A stretch of DNA of 64,000 nucleotides, from positions 10,941-74,940 of the forward strand of contig DAINDE010000009.1 in assembly GCA_036732025.1 (NCBI GenBank), in the 5' to 3' direction. The notes below the pieces were generated by a model. It did not search any database. It was not told where the DNA came from and saw only the letters and a program-made list of their open reading frames with translations. The translations under genes and the position numbers were made by a program. This stretch comes from Rhodocyclaceae bacterium (lineage in GTDB: Bacteria > Pseudomonadota > Gammaproteobacteria > Burkholderiales > Rhodocyclaceae). This document shows, piece after piece, positions 45,077 to 56,396 of the stretch. Numbering within the stretch: position 1 is the stretch's first letter; every line of letters starts with the position of its first letter.

Positions 45077-47173
45077 TCAGCGCCGGCCGTACAGTTCGAA
45101 GCGGCCGATCAGGGAGTCGAGCTGGCGGGCGGTGGCCAGCAATTCGTCGGCGGCGCTGCGGGCGGCGGTGGCCGCCCCGGTGTTGCGCTCGATGAGGTCG
45201 GTGATGCGCTGCATGCTGTTGGCCACTTCCTCGCTGGCGACGCCCTGCTGGCGGGCAGCTTCCGAAATGTGCCCGGCCATGGCGGCAACCTGCTGGCTGC
45301 TGGCGGTGATGCTGTCCAGGCCGGCAACGCTGTCGCGCAGGGAGCCGACGCCGGTTTCCACTTCCCGCGCCGCCACGTCCATGCCGCTCACCGCCTGCTG
45401 CGTCACCGCCTCGATCTCGCCGACGGTGGCCGCGATGTCGGCGGTGGAGGCGGTGGTGCGTTCGGCGAGCTTCCTCACTTCGTCGGCCACCACCGCGAAG
45501 CCCCGGCCCTGCTCTCCGGCCCGGGCCGCCTCGATGGCGGCGTTGAGGGCGAGGAGGTTGGTCTGGCTGGCGATTTCGGCGATGACCCGGGTGATGTCGC
45601 CGATCTTCTGGATGGAACGGCTCAGCGCGTCGATGGTGCCGCTGGAGCCCTGGACCGCTTCCACCACCCGGCCGGTGGCGTCCATGCTCTGCCGGATCTT
45701 GCCGTTGCTTTCCGCCACCAGGTCCTGGGCGTTGCGCGCCGCCAGCGCCGTTTCCTGGGCGTTGGCCGCGACTTCCTGCACCGACTGGCTGAATTCTTCG
45801 GTGGCGGCGGCGACGCCCTCGACGCTGGCCTGCTGCTCGCCCGACTGGGCGGCGACCGCCTGCATCTGCGCTTCGAGCTGGCGGCTGCGCTCGTCGATGG
45901 CGCGGGAGGCGCTGCCGATTTCGTCGAGCATGGCCTTGAGGGTGCCCTGCATGATGGCCAGGTTGCCCAGCAGTTGCCCCGTTTCGTCGCGCCCGGAAAT
46001 GTCGATGTCGTCGGTGAGGCGGCCTTCGGCGATGCGCTCGAAGTGGCCGATGGCGCGCCGGATGGGGCGTCCGATGGCGGCCGCCAGGAGGCCGCCGCCG
46101 ACGGCGGCGAAGAGGAGCGCGAGGGCGGTGAGGGTGACGGACAGGTTGCGCAGGGTGCCGTAGCGGCCTTCCGCCGCCTGGAAGTCCCGTTCGGCGCCGG
46201 CGGCGAATTCCTGGACGAGGGCCTCGGCGTCCTTGCGCATGGCAGCGTAAAGCGGGTTGATGTGCAGCAGCAGGGTCTCGTTGGCCTTCAGGAACTGCCC
46301 GGCCTTGAGCTGCTCGCGGGCGACGTTCACGCCCTCCCGGGAGAAGCGCTCCCGGGTTTCCCCGAACTGGGCGAGGAGGGCCGCTTCCTTTTCCGTCAGG
46401 GGCAGCTTGCGCAGTTCCTCGAGGAGGCTGTTGATCTCCTGGCGGTTCTTCAGGGTGTTCTCGATGTGCAGGTCGAGGGCGTGGTCGTGCAGCCGGGCGT
46501 TGGGGTGGGTGGGGTCGTGCTGGAGGCCGAGCATGATCTGGGCGCGGTTGTCGCCGAGCAGGAAGCTGATGCGGCCGACGAGGTCGGAGGGAATCAGCTT
46601 CTGCCGGTACATGCTTTCCAGTTGCCGGTTGCTTTCCGTCAGGCCGGCGAGGTTGGCGGCCGCCAGGATCGCCATGACCATGGCCAGGGCGCCGGTCACG
46701 GCCCACAGGCGGGCGCGCAGGGAAAGGGGGGCGAGGAAGCCGCGGCCGCCGGGGAGCTTGCCGTTGCCCTGGCGCAGACGGGCGTACAGGGCCTCGGCGT
46801 CGGCTACCTGGCTACGCTCCGGCGGGGTGCGCACCGACATGTAGCCGGTGACCACGCCGTCCTTCTTGAGCGGCACCACCAGGGCCTGGACCCAGTAGAA
46901 ATCGCCGTTCTTGCAGCGGTTCTTGACCAGCCCCCGCCAGGGCATGCCGGCCTTGACCGTCCGCCAGAGGTCGGCGAAGGCGGCCGGCGGCATGTCCGGA
47001 TGGCGCACGATGTTGTGGTTCTGGCCCAGGAGTTCCTCCCGGGAAAAGCCGCTGATGGCGATGAAGGCATCGTTGGCGTAGGTTATCGCCCCCTTGAGGT
47101 CGGTTTTCGAGACGAGGTAGCAGTTGGGCGGGAAGAGGGCTTCGTGTTGGGTGACGGGTTGGTTGTTTTTCAT
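45077..47173 (-). CDS. methyl-accepting chemotaxis protein with N-terminal cytoplasmic PAS domain
   Basis: 698 aa. The PAS region is [41 protein letters not shown], followed by two TMs flanking a helical sensor, then HAMP. The signalling hairpin is [40 protein letters not shown]. Confidence 0.92.
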   Translation of the reverse strand: MKNNQPVTQHEALFPPNCYLVSKTDLKGAITYANDAFIAISGFSREELLGQNHNIVRHPDMPPAAFADLWRTVKAGMPWRGLVKNRCKNGDFYWVQALVVPLKKDGVVTGYMSVRTPPERSQVADAEALYARLRQGNGKLPGGRGFLAPLSLRARLWAVTGALAMVMAILAAANLAGLTESNRQLESMYRQKLIPSDLVGRISFLLGDNRAQIMLGLQHDPTHPNARLHDHALDLHIENTLKNRQEINSLLEELRKLPLTEKEAALLAQFGETRERFSREGVNVAREQLKAGQFLKANETLLLHINPLYAAMRKDAEALVQEFAAGAERDFQAAEGRYGTLRNLSVTLTALALLFAAVGGGLLAAAIGRPIRRAIGHFERIAEGRLTDDIDISGRDETGQLLGNLAIMQGTLKAMLDEIGSASRAIDERSRQLEAQMQAVAAQSGEQQASVEGVAAATEEFSQSVQEVAANAQETALAARNAQDLVAESNGKIRQSMDATGRVVEAVQGSSGTIDALSRSIQKIGDITRVIAEIASQTNLLALNAAIEAARAGEQGRGFAVVADEVRKLAERTTASTADIAATVGEIEAVTQQAVSGMDVAAREVETGVGSLRDSVAGLDSITASSQQVAAMAGHISEAARQQGVASEEVANSMQRITDLIERNTGAATAARSAADELLATARQLDSLIGRFELYGRR

Positions 47174-47247
47174 CGGGTTGGGGGGGGCTATCTGTTATTG
47201 GAATGTGTGTATATGGTGTCCATTCCTGCACTGACACCAGGGTTATT

Positions 47248-48108
47248 ATGACGAAAGACCTAATTTGTGCAACTGCGGAAATCGCCCGGGCCGCCGCGCT
47301 GATCGGCGAAGCGGACGGTCTGCTCGTCACCGCCGGCGCCGGAATGGGTGTCGATTCCGGCCTGCCCGACTTTCGTGGGCGGGAGGGCTTCTGGCGGGCC
47401 TACCCGGCCCTGGCCCGGGCCCGCATCGACTTCGAGGAGGCGGCCTGCCCCGCCACCTTCCGCCGCGACGCCCGCCTCGCCTGGGGTTTCTATGGCCATC
47501 GCCTGGCCCTCTACCGGCGCACCGTGCCCCATGCGGGCTTCGCCATCCTGCGGCGCTGGGCCGAGGGCCGTCCCCGGGGGGGCTTCGTGTTCACCAGCAA
47601 CGTCGATGGCCAGTTCGGCCGGGCTGGCTTCGACCCCCGGCGCCTTTGCGAGATCCACGGCTCCATTCATCACCTGCAGTGCCTAGAACCGTGCAGTGAC
47701 CGCATCTGGGGCGCCGACGACATCCAGCCGGAGGTGGACGACGAGAACTGCCGTCTGCTGTCCGACTTGCCCCACTGCCCCCGCTGCGGCGGGCTGGCGC
47801 GGCCCAACATCCTCATGTTCGGCGACGGCGGCTGGGTGGCGGAACGGACCCGCCGCCAGCAGGCCCGGCTGGAGGCCTGGCTGCGGGAGACGGAAAACCC
47901 GGTGGTGGTGGAGCTGGGAGCCGGCACCCAGGTGCCGACGGTACGCTGGTTCGGCGAAAGCCTGGGGGCGCCGCTGGTCCGCATCAACCCCGACGAGCCG
48001 GCAGTCGCCAGTGCCCGCAGCGTGGGCATCCGGGCCGGGGCGCTGGCGGCGCTGGGGGCCATCGACCAGGCCCTCGGCGGGCCGCTTCCGGTCGCGCCTC
48101 AGGCCTGA
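47248..48108 (+). CDS. SIR2-family NAD-dependent protein deacylase
   Basis: 286 aa from ATG 47248. [23 protein letters not shown], the catalytic His in EIHGSIH, and zinc Cys pairs CLEPC...CPRCGG. Confidence 0.85.
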   Translation: MTKDLICATAEIARAAALIGEADGLLVTAGAGMGVDSGLPDFRGREGFWRAYPALARARIDFEEAACPATFRRDARLAWGFYGHRLALYRRTVPHAGFAILRRWAEGRPRGGFVFTSNVDGQFGRAGFDPRRLCEIHGSIHHLQCLEPCSDRIWGADDIQPEVDDENCRLLSDLPHCPRCGGLARPNILMFGDGGWVAERTRRQQARLEAWLRETENPVVVELGAGTQVPTVRWFGESLGAPLVRINPDEPAVASARSVGIRAGALAALGAIDQALGGPLPVAPQA

Positions 48109-48211
48109 TGCGTCGATCAGAAACAGCGCGTTGGCGGCCCGGGGAATTCCCCCTACTCCGCCATGGCGTGAAGGCGTAGGATGCTATTCGCTTGTCAATC
48201 AGCGGGTATTC

Positions 48212-51200
48212 ATGTTCTCCCATTTGCGTAGCCGGCTGTGGCTGCTCATCGCCATCTCCATCCTGCCCCTGGCGCTGTACTCGCTGTACAGCTACCAGGA
48301 GCAGCGGGTTGCCGCCATCGCCGAGATGGAGAGGGATCTCCGCCAGTTCATCCGCACCGTGCGGCTGGAGGAAGGCCACCTGGTCAGCGATACCCGCAAC
48401 CTGCTGCGCATCATGGCCAACGCCAACGATCTGCAGCACCTCGATCCTGCCGAATGTTCGGGGCTGGCGGCCCGGCTGGCGGCGACCCAGAGGAATTACG
48501 CCAATTTCGGCGCCGCGCTGCCCGACGGCAAGCTGTTCTGCTCCGCCGTTTCCATGCCGGATCCGGTCGATGTCGGCGACCGGGTCTGGTTCCGGGAGGC
48601 CGTGGCCAGCGGCGACTTCACCACCGGCGGCTTCATTGTCGGCCGCGTTTCCGGTGCGCCCGCCCTGGCCTTCAGCCTGCCCATGCGCGACGCCGACGGG
48701 CAGATCCGGGCGGTGCTGTTCGCCTCCACCGGGTTCGCCTGGCTGGAAACCCTGGTGCGGGCCATCGAGTTGCCGGCTCAGGGGCACGTCTACATCGCCG
48801 ACAAGGCGGGGCGGGTCTATGCCCGCTTCCCCGCCGACGGTTCCGTCGTCGGCGCGCCCCTGCCGGACACAGCGTTGGGTGACCATGTCCGGGGCGGGCC
48901 CGGCGAAGGCCTGATCTCCCTGCCCGGTTGTGGGGGCGAATGTCTGTATAGCGTCTCGCCGCTCCAGTCCAGCCGCGGCGACCTCTACCTGGTGGTGGGC
49001 ACCCCCCGCGACCTGGTCCTGGCGGATGTGAACCGCCGCTTCACCCTCCAGCTTTTCGTCCTGGCGCTGGTGGCGGCGCTTTCCTTCCTGGGGGCGCGCT
49101 GGCTGGTGCAGCGAAGCCTGGTCAACTGGGCCGAGCGCCTGGTGGCGACCACCCGCCGCTTCGGCGACGGCCTGTTCGGGGAACGGGTGGCGGAGCCCAG
49201 TTCCATCCAGGAATTGAAGGAAATCGACGACAGCTTCAACGCCATGGCCGACAGCCTGGTCAGCGCCGACGCCGTGCTGCGCAAGGCCAAGGATCGTTTC
49301 GAGGCGATGGCGACGACGGTGCCCGGGGTGCTCTACGAGTATGTCCCCCATGCCGAGGGCGGGGGCACCTTCCGCTACATCAGCCCCCGCTGCCAGGAGA
49401 TGTTCGGCTATTCCGCCGAAGCCATCGAGTCCGATCCGGGGCTCCTCTGGCGCCGGGTCCACCCCGAGGATGTGGACGCCCTGCGCCGCGAGGAGCGCGA
49501 GGCCATCCGTCTGGGGCGGCCCTTCCAGGCTCTGGCGCGCATGCTGACCGCCGAGGGGGAAGTGAAGTGGATCCAGATGCAGTCATGCCGCGGCGAGCAG
49601 AGCCAGGGCGGGGTGCCGGTGTGGTACGGCATCCTCCTCGACGTCACCGCCCGCCAACAGGCCGAAGCCCAGTTGCGCAAGCTGTCGCTGGCCGTCGAAC
49701 AGAGCCCCTTGAGCATCGTCGTGACCGACGCCGACGCCAACATCGAGTACGTCAATGAAGCCTTCGTCGCCTGCTCCGGCTACGGCCGGGACGAGGCGAT
49801 CGGCCGCAACCCGCGCTTCCTCGCCTCCGGCCGCACGCCCCGGGAAACCTACGCGGCCCTGTGGCGCACCCTGGCGGCCGGGCAGGCGTGGAAGGGGGAA
49901 TTCATCAACCGGCGCAAGGACGGCTCCGAATACGACGAGCTGGTGAAGATCGCACCGGTGCGGGGGCCGGACGGGCGGGTCACCCACTTCGTCTCCATCC
50001 AGGAAGACATCACCGTGCGCAAGGCGCTGGCCGCCGAACTGGACATGCATCGCCACCACCTGCAGGACCTGGTGGACGAGCGCACCCGCCAATTGCAGGA
50101 GGCCAACGCCCAACTGGCGGTCAAGGCCCGGGAGGTGGCCGAGCTCAACGCCGCCCTGCGGGAGCGGGCCGACGAGGCGGAGGCGGCGACCCAGGCCAAG
50201 AGCGCCTTCCTGGCCAACATGAGCCACGAGATCCGGACGCCCATGAACGCCATCGTCGGCCTCGTCCACATGCTCCGGCGCAGCCCCCTCTCCGCCGAGC
50301 AGGCGGAACGCCTGGACAAGATCGGCGACGCTTCCGACCACCTGCTGGCGGTCATCAACGACATCCTCGACCTCTCCAAGATCGAGGCCGGGAAGCTGTC
50401 GCTGGAAGCGGCCCCCTTCGATCTGGCCGGCGTGCTGGAGCGGGTGGCCGGCCTGGTCGGCGAGCGGGCGCGGGCCAAGGGCCTGGAATTCCGCCTGGAA
50501 ACCGAGGGACTGCCCCGCCGGGTCGTCGGCGACGCCACGCGGTTGGCGCAACTGCTCCTCAATTACGTGGGCAACGCCATCAAATTCACCGAGCGGGGCC
50601 AGGTAGTGCTCTCGGGGCGGGTGGAGGCCGAGGGGGGACACGATGTGCGGCTGCGCTTCGAAGTGGCCGATACCGGTATCGGCCTGACGCCGGAGCAGGT
50701 GGAGCGGTTGTTCGCCCCCTTCGAGCAGGGGGACTCGTCCACCACGCGCCGCTACGGCGGAACCGGCCTGGGGCTGGCCATCAACCGGCATCTGGCCCGC
50801 CTCATGGGCGGCGACGTGGGAGCGCGCGGCGAGCCCGGCCGGGGCAGCGTCTTCTGGGCGACGGTGCGCCTGGGGCGGGAGGCCGGCGAGGTGCCGGCGC
50901 TGCCTCCTGCCGCCGAGCAGCCGCCGCCGGCCGCGGTTGGCCACTGTCGCGGCCGCCGCCTGCTGCTGGTGGAAGACAATGCCATCAACCGTGAAGTGGC
51001 GCTGGAGCTGTTGAGCGACCTCGGCTGCGCCATCGACGTGGCGGAAAACGGCCGCGAAGCGGTGGAGCGTGCCGCGGCGACGGCCTACGACCTCATTCTC
51101 ATGGACGTGCAGATGCCGGTGATGGACGGGCTGGAGGCCACCCGGCGCATCCGCGCCCTGCCCGGCCGCGAAGCCACGCCCATCCTGGCCATGACCGCCA

Positions 51201-51361
51201 ACGCCTTCGGCGAGGATCGGGCCCAGTGCCTGGCGGCGGGCATGAACGACCACGTGGCCAAGCCGGTGGATCCGGAGCGGCTCTGCGCCACGGTGGCCCG
51301 CTGGCTAGGCCAGGCGGGCGGCGTGGGTGCGCAGCAGGCCGACGAAGTCCGTCCGCGATAG
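48212..51361 (+). CDS. hybrid sensor histidine kinase (periplasmic Cache/PDC-like sensor, HAMP, tandem PAS, HisKA-HATPase, REC)
   Basis: 1049 aa from ATG 48212; the upstream part of the 1221-aa track ORF overlaps the SIR2 gene. HisKA is [18 protein letters not shown]. HATPase motifs are NYVGNAIKF and GTGLGLAI. The receiver is [13 protein letters not shown]...[14 protein letters not shown]...KPV. Confidence 0.9.
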   Translation: MFSHLRSRLWLLIAISILPLALYSLYSYQEQRVAAIAEMERDLRQFIRTVRLEEGHLVSDTRNLLRIMANANDLQHLDPAECSGLAARLAATQRNYANFGAALPDGKLFCSAVSMPDPVDVGDRVWFREAVASGDFTTGGFIVGRVSGAPALAFSLPMRDADGQIRAVLFASTGFAWLETLVRAIELPAQGHVYIADKAGRVYARFPADGSVVGAPLPDTALGDHVRGGPGEGLISLPGCGGECLYSVSPLQSSRGDLYLVVGTPRDLVLADVNRRFTLQLFVLALVAALSFLGARWLVQRSLVNWAERLVATTRRFGDGLFGERVAEPSSIQELKEIDDSFNAMADSLVSADAVLRKAKDRFEAMATTVPGVLYEYVPHAEGGGTFRYISPRCQEMFGYSAEAIESDPGLLWRRVHPEDVDALRREEREAIRLGRPFQALARMLTAEGEVKWIQMQSCRGEQSQGGVPVWYGILLDVTARQQAEAQLRKLSLAVEQSPLSIVVTDADANIEYVNEAFVACSGYGRDEAIGRNPRFLASGRTPRETYAALWRTLAAGQAWKGEFINRRKDGSEYDELVKIAPVRGPDGRVTHFVSIQEDITVRKALAAELDMHRHHLQDLVDERTRQLQEANAQLAVKAREVAELNAALRERADEAEAATQAKSAFLANMSHEIRTPMNAIVGLVHMLRRSPLSAEQAERLDKIGDASDHLLAVINDILDLSKIEAGKLSLEAAPFDLAGVLERVAGLVGERARAKGLEFRLETEGLPRRVVGDATRLAQLLLNYVGNAIKFTERGQVVLSGRVEAEGGHDVRLRFEVADTGIGLTPEQVERLFAPFEQGDSSTTRRYGGTGLGLAINRHLARLMGGDVGARGEPGRGSVFWATVRLGREAGEVPALPPAAEQPPPAAVGHCRGRRLLLVEDNAINREVALELLSDLGCAIDVAENGREAVERAAATAYDLILMDVQMPVMDGLEATRRIRALPGREATPILAMTANAFGEDRAQCLAAGMNDHVAKPVDPERLCATVARWLGQAGGVGAQQADEVRPR

Positions 51362-53512
51362 CGGGTGGCAGAAGCGGTAGCCCTGCATGACGGTGCATCC
51401 CGAGCGCTGCAGGTAGCGTAGCTGGGCGTCGGTCTCGACGCCCTCGGCGACCAGGTGGAGGCCGAGGCCGCGGGCGATGGAAATGATTGCCAGGACCACC
51501 GGGTAATGCCCCTTCTCGCTGGCGATCTCGCGCACGAAGGACTGGTCGATCTTGATGGTATTGACCGGGAAGCGGTGCAGGTAGGCCAGGGACGAGTAGC
51601 CGGTGCCGAAATCGTCGATGGCGGTGCTGACGCCCAGGCCGTGCAGGCGGTTGAGCTGCTCGATGGCGTGCTGGGGGTTGCGGATGCAGATGTTCTCGGT
51701 GATCTCGATTTCCAGGCGCTCCGGGGCGATCTGGTGCCGGCGCAGGGTTTCCTGCATGCGCTCCACGAACTCGCCCCGGTCGAGATACTGGGGCGAGGTG
51801 TTCAGCGCCAGGCGCAGCTTGCCGGCGCCGGCGGCCTCCCATTCCCGCAGATCGCGGCAGGCGGCCTCCAGCATCCAGTCGCTGATGGGCAGGATGAGGC
51901 CGGATTCCTCGGCGAAGGGCAGGAACTCGCCGGCGCTGAGCAGGCCGCGCTCCGGATGGTGCCAGCGCATCAGCCCCTCGGCGCCCACCACCTTGCCGGT
52001 GGCGACATCGACCTGGGGCTGGTAATACATCTCCAGTTCGTCGTTCTCGATGGCCTTGCGCAGGCGCTTGTCGAGGGAAACCTTCTGGTGGACGTCCTCC
52101 AGCATGGCCGGGTCGAAGAAGCGCAGCCCGTCCTTGCCCTCGCCCTTGACCCGGTACATGGCGATGTCGGCGTGGCGCACCAGTTGTTCGCCGTCGTCGC
52201 CGTGGTGGGGATAGATGGCGATGCCGATGCTGGCCGAGACGAAGACCTCCTGCTGGTCCAGGGCAAAGGGCTGGCGCAGGGCTTCGAGGATCTTGCGGGC
52301 CACCAGCTCGGCGTCGTCCCGGTCCCGCAGTTCCGGCAGTACCAGGGTGAATTCGTCGCCGCCGTGGCGGGCCAGGGTGTCCCCCCGCCGCAGGCAGAGC
52401 TTCAGGCGCGCCGCCACCTGCTGCAGCAACTGGTCGCCATTGATGTGGCCGAGGGAGTCGTTGACGATCTTGAAACGGTCAAGGTCCACGAACATCACCG
52501 CCAGTTCGGCGTTGTTGCGCTTGGCCTGGATGATGGCGAGCCCCAGGCGGTCCTGGAAGAGGATGCGGTTGGGCAGGTCGGTGAGGATGTCGTGGTAGGC
52601 CTGGTAGGACATCTGCTCCTCGGCCCGCTTGCGGTCGGTGACATCCCGGGCGACGCCGTAGGTGCCGAAGTACTCCCGGCGTTGCGGGCCATTGTCGGTG
52701 GAATAGATGCCCACCGAGTTGAAGGAGACGGTCATCAGGGTCGTCTCGAAGCAGCGGCTGTCCTCGCGGCCGTTGACGCACTTCAGGCGCAGCTCGACGT
52801 TGCGGGTGGCGCGGTCCCCCGAGCGGCGCTCGTGGAAGACGTAGTGGGCGCGCTCCAGGTCTTCCTCGTGGACGATCAGGGAGTAGTGCTTGCCGATCAG
52901 GTCCGCCTTGGCGTAGCCCAGCAGTTGGCCGACCCGCTCGTTGATGAAGGTGAACTGCCCGTCGTGGTTGAGGGTGTAGATGATGTCCGGGGAGCTGTCG
53001 ACCAGGTAGCGATAGAGTTTTTCCGACGACTCCAGTTGCGCCGCGATGCGCTGGTTTTCCAGCGCCAGGCTGCGTTCCTGCAGGGCGTGCTCGATGGTGT
53101 TGAGCAGTTCCTCGCGGGGGTAGGGCTTGCGCAGGAAGTCGTAGGCGCCCCGCTTGAGGGCGCCGATGGCGGCCTCGATCTCGACGTCGCCGCTGAGGAC
53201 GATGACGCGGGTGTCGATGCTGGTGGCCTTGATGAAATCCATGACGCCGTGGCCGCTGATGTCCGGCAGGCGCAGGTCGAGGAGGACCAGGTCGAAGCGG
53301 AGGCGGGCCAGCTGGGCGATGGCCTCCTCGCCGGTGGTGGCCGTCACCAGTTCCCAGCCGCGGTCGGCCAGCAGGTCGTGGAGGCTCTGCAGCAGGCGGG
53401 GCTCGTCGTCCACCAGGAGCAGGCGGGGGCGGAAGGCCGGCAGGCTGGCCGCCACTTCCCCGCAAAGCGCCTGTTTCAGTGCTGCCGCATCGTTGTCAGC
53501 CAAGCGATTCAT
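51305..53512 (-). CDS. response regulator REC-PAS-GGDEF-EAL
   Basis: 735 aa. REC is [11 protein letters not shown]...[14 protein letters not shown], followed by PAS. GGDEF is intact (RHGGDEFTL). The EAL domain has an EGL variant (GAEGLMRW), then [24 protein letters not shown]. Confidence 0.9.
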   Translation of the reverse strand: MNRLADNDAAALKQALCGEVAASLPAFRPRLLLVDDEPRLLQSLHDLLADRGWELVTATTGEEAIAQLARLRFDLVLLDLRLPDISGHGVMDFIKATSIDTRVIVLSGDVEIEAAIGALKRGAYDFLRKPYPREELLNTIEHALQERSLALENQRIAAQLESSEKLYRYLVDSSPDIIYTLNHDGQFTFINERVGQLLGYAKADLIGKHYSLIVHEEDLERAHYVFHERRSGDRATRNVELRLKCVNGREDSRCFETTLMTVSFNSVGIYSTDNGPQRREYFGTYGVARDVTDRKRAEEQMSYQAYHDILTDLPNRILFQDRLGLAIIQAKRNNAELAVMFVDLDRFKIVNDSLGHINGDQLLQQVAARLKLCLRRGDTLARHGGDEFTLVLPELRDRDDAELVARKILEALRQPFALDQQEVFVSASIGIAIYPHHGDDGEQLVRHADIAMYRVKGEGKDGLRFFDPAMLEDVHQKVSLDKRLRKAIENDELEMYYQPQVDVATGKVVGAEGLMRWHHPERGLLSAGEFLPFAEESGLILPISDWMLEAACRDLREWEAAGAGKLRLALNTSPQYLDRGEFVERMQETLRRHQIAPERLEIEITENICIRNPQHAIEQLNRLHGLGVSTAIDDFGTGYSSLAYLHRFPVNTIKIDQSFVREIASEKGHYPVVLAIISIARGLGLHLVAEGVETDAQLRYLQRSGCTVMQGYRFCHPLSRTDFVGLLRTHAARLA

Positions 53513-55671
53513 GCCTCACCTTTCCCGATTTCCCTCGGGGGCGGCGCCTCGCCATTGCGGGCAGGGCCGCGGGTCGGCAGGAGTATGGCGAACTCCGTCC
53601 CCTCGCGGCCGCTCCGGCAGGTCACCTCGCCCCCCAGCTTGCCGGCCAGTTCGCCGACAATGCACAGCCCCAACCCCTGGTGATCGCCCCCCTTGCCGCT
53701 CTTGACCTCGGTAAACAGGTTGGCGAGCATCTCCCTGGGAATTCCCGGCCCATTGTCCCGCACATTGAGCTCGACATAAAGCTGCCCGCCCCGGTTCGCC
53801 AACCCCTGGACGCCGACGTGGATCTCCCCGCCCTGGGGCAGCGCCTCGACGGCGTTCTTGATCAGGTTGATCAGCATCTGGCGGACGGCGTTCGCGTCGC
53901 CGGCGACGGTCATCGCCTCGTCGTGCAGGTGGGCGTTGATGCGGATGTCCGGTGGCACGAACTCGGTTTCCTGGAAGAGGCGCACCACGTCGCGCACGAT
54001 GCGGTTGGCGTCGAGGACGCCGGCCATGCTCTCCGGCTTGATCTGGGCGAAGGACTTGACGATGCGGCTGACCCGGTCGATTTCCTCGTTGAGGATGGAA
54101 ACCTCGCCGGAGACCGGCTCCTCCCGGCTGAGCTTGGTGTCCAGAACGCTCAGGTAGTTCTTGATGATGGACAGGGGGTTGTTGACCTCATGCACGATGC
54201 GCTGTGCCGCACCGCGGTAATCCTCGACGACGCTGCTGACACGCTGGGAGGCCTCGGTCCGCTCCTGCAGGGCGGCGATCATGGCGGCGGCGCCCTGGGC
54301 GGCGAAGGCCTGCAGGAAACCGCTCTTCTGCTGCAGCCCTTCGAGCTGCCATGGCTGCACGGCGCCGACCAGGGCGCCTACCGTCTGCTGGGCGGTGGCC
54401 AGGGGCAGGCAGACGGCGGCGTCGGTGCCGAGGACGCGCATCAACTGGTCCTCGGCCACGCTGACGGGCAGGGTGCGGCGGTTGATGAAGGCCGGCGTCT
54501 TCTTGAGCACCGCCTCCGCCATGCGCTGGCCGGCCACCAGGGGCAGCGAGAATTCCGCCAGCCGCTGGCGGTGCTTGCCGAGGGGCACGCCTACCAGGGA
54601 ACGGTTGCCGTGGCTGACCAGGAGCACCAGGGCGTCATCCAGGTCGAAAAGCAGCCGGGCCGAGCGGGTCAGCGCCTCCAGCAACTGGAGGTCGCCGCGC
54701 TGGCGGGCGAGGCTGCGGGTGGCCTCGCTGGTCAGCACCAGTTGCCGGACTTCCTCGGCCAGTTGGGCGTGGCAGTCCGCCTCCTGGGGTGCCGGGTCGG
54801 CCAGTTCGATGCCCAGTTGCTCCGCCGCCAGCTTCACCTGGCTGGCGGCATTGTCGTTGATGGCCTGGAGTTCCCGCGGGCTGACGCCGCACACCGTGCA
54901 TGCTTCCGCCACGGCCGGGCTATCCGGGCCGCCCACCGAGAGGCGGTTGGCGAGGAGGACGATGCGCACCAGCGGATGGGCCGCCTCCAGCTGGCGGGCC
55001 GGCTCGTGGTGGTAGAGGATGCTGTCGGCGAGGAAGGAGTCCAGCCGCCAGCGCTCGATCATCCAGGCGCCGGCTTCGGCATGGGTGATCTGCAGGCTGG
55101 ATTTTTCCGCCTCGCACAGGCTGTCGTCATCGACGGCGAGAAAATGGGGAGCGTACTCCTTGGGGGCCGTGCCGAGCAGGGCCAGGCGCCCGACGTCGTG
55201 GAGCAGGCCGGCCAGGTAGGCCTCCTCGGCGTGGGCGTAGGACAGCCGGGAGGCCAGTTCCCGGGCCATGACGGCAGTGGTCAGGGAGTGCCGCCAGAAA
55301 TCGCTGAGATCGGTGGCGCACCGGCGGGTAAAGGCGTTGAATACCTGGGCCACCGATTCGCCGATGACCAGCGACTTGATGGTGTCGACGCCGAGGACCA
55401 TGAGCGACTGCTCCAGGCCGATGCGCTGGCTGCTGCGCTGGTAGGCGGCGCTGTTGGCAACGCCGAGGATGCGCCCGGCCATGCCGGCGTCCTTGCCCAC
55501 CAGCTCGGCGTATTCGCCGATGGCGGCGGAATCGCTGCGGCACAGGGCCAGGAGTTTCAGCAGCACCTGGGGCATGGCCGGCAGGCGCGCTGCCAGCAGG
55601 CGGTCGCGGATATCGCCGCTCAAGGTCGGCGCTCCCGGCCGGGCGGCACAGGGAGCAGCAAAGGCGCGCAC
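53509..55671 (-). CDS. HDOD-GAF sensor histidine kinase
   Basis: 720 aa. HDOD-like blocks are LPAMPQVLLKLLAL...GVDTIKSLV and LAGLLHDVGRLAL, followed by a GAF-like region. The kinase core has HEVNNPLSII, NLIKNAVEA and HQGLGLCIV. The stop overlaps the downstream RR start (ATGA). The N-terminal start is uncertain. Confidence 0.82.
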   Translation of the reverse strand: MRAFAAPCAARPGAPTLSGDIRDRLLAARLPAMPQVLLKLLALCRSDSAAIGEYAELVGKDAGMAGRILGVANSAAYQRSSQRIGLEQSLMVLGVDTIKSLVIGESVAQVFNAFTRRCATDLSDFWRHSLTTAVMARELASRLSYAHAEEAYLAGLLHDVGRLALLGTAPKEYAPHFLAVDDDSLCEAEKSSLQITHAEAGAWMIERWRLDSFLADSILYHHEPARQLEAAHPLVRIVLLANRLSVGGPDSPAVAEACTVCGVSPRELQAINDNAASQVKLAAEQLGIELADPAPQEADCHAQLAEEVRQLVLTSEATRSLARQRGDLQLLEALTRSARLLFDLDDALVLLVSHGNRSLVGVPLGKHRQRLAEFSLPLVAGQRMAEAVLKKTPAFINRRTLPVSVAEDQLMRVLGTDAAVCLPLATAQQTVGALVGAVQPWQLEGLQQKSGFLQAFAAQGAAAMIAALQERTEASQRVSSVVEDYRGAAQRIVHEVNNPLSIIKNYLSVLDTKLSREEPVSGEVSILNEEIDRVSRIVKSFAQIKPESMAGVLDANRIVRDVVRLFQETEFVPPDIRINAHLHDEAMTVAGDANAVRQMLINLIKNAVEALPQGGEIHVGVQGLANRGGQLYVELNVRDNGPGIPREMLANLFTEVKSGKGGDHQGLGLCIVGELAGKLGGEVTCRSGREGTEFAILLPTRGPARNGEAPPPREIGKGEA

Positions 55672-55863
55672 AGCATGTCATCGCGGAACGCCGCGTCGAA
55701 CCACTGGCCAGCCTTTCCCACAGTCCCTCCCCGTTCTGACGTTGGTAATATGACTATACGGATAGGATGTTACAGGAAAAGTCAAGGCGTTGACGGGGCG
55801 CGCCGGCCATTTCGCGGCCGTCGTGAAAAAATTCCGTTCGCGTCGGCGGCGCGCGGCGGGCAC

Positions 55864-55890
55864 AAAAAACCCGGCCGAAAGTCGGCCGGG
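55864..55890 (-). terminator. Rho-independent terminator after the small secreted-protein gene
   Basis: On the minus strand: CCCGGCCGA, loop CTT, TCGGCCGGG, followed by TTTTTT. On the plus strand this is the A-run 55864-55869 and the stem 55870-55890. It lies 23 nt downstream of the stop at 55913. Confidence 0.85.
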
Positions 55891-55912
55891 TGCGGGGGCT
55901 GGGCGACGGGGT

Positions 55913-56176
55913 TCAGGCGTGGCGGCCGCCACGGCGCTGGCGATCGCCGGGGCGCTCGTTGTCGCCGCCGCGGGGACGTTCGCCGGCTTCGCGGGCGATC
56001 AGCATGGTCCCGTCGAGGGCGCCGACCTTTTCCCGCTTTTCGGGCTTCTGGGGCTTTTCGGGACGTTCCGCCCGGGCGATGCCTTCGCCCAAGGCTGGCT
56101 GGCTGGCGGCGACGGCGGGCAGGGACGGCAGGACGATGGCGGCAATCACGGTCAGGGTGGTCAGGGTCGTTCTCAT
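55913..56176 (-). CDS. small secreted, highly charged Pro/Arg/Glu/Lys-rich protein (87 aa)
   Basis: AAGGAG RBS. MRTTLTTLTVIAAIVLPSLPAVA-AS signal peptide, then ARAERPEKPQKPEKREK...ERPRGGDNERPGDRQRRGGRHA. Bracketed by a sigma-54 promoter and a terminator. Confidence 0.75.
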   Translation of the reverse strand: MRTTLTTLTVIAAIVLPSLPAVAASQPALGEGIARAERPEKPQKPEKREKVGALDGTMLIAREAGERPRGGDNERPGDRQRRGGRHA

Positions 56177-56253
56177 GGTGGGGCTCCTTGTGCGGATGAT
56201 GGATGGGCCTGGGGAACCGCGCTGCCAGCAGCGCCTTCCCGCACTGGCTACAT

Positions 56254-56269
56254 CGCAACCGCCATGCCA
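56254..56269 (-). promoter_or_regulatory. sigma-54 (RpoN) -24/-12 promoter
   Basis: The minus strand reads TGGCATGGCGGTTGCG, against the consensus TGGCACG-N4-TTGCW. GG and GC have exactly the canonical spacing. The site is about 80 nt upstream of the ATG at 56176 and downstream of an NtrC-family activator gene. Confidence 0.75.
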
Positions 56270-56396
56270 GGAGCGTAGCGGAAGGCAAGGCACTGATTTG
56301 TATGTGGAAAATATTCCCGCGTTGCGGCCTTGCATCGGCCCGGGCGGGGCATCGGGTGAAATCACCTGACCAGGCGGGGCATTTCCCCCACTGCCC

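Noticed and set aside
43497-46706. Upstream 1070 codons of the 1400-aa minus-strand ORF 42504-46706.
   Set aside because: Only the last 330 codons (the Vgb-like propeller, with its own RBS and signal peptide) look real. The rest overlaps dacB and the MCP gene out of frame and is R/P/G-rich nonsense.
47248-48108. SIR2-domain gene as a possible anti-phage defence system (Thoeris/DSR/SIR2-HerA type).
   Set aside because: It is a short stand-alone sirtuin with an intact zinc ribbon and the catalytic GAG...FRG / HG motifs of protein deacylases. It has no associated TIR, HerA, pAgo or helicase partner and no island-like context.
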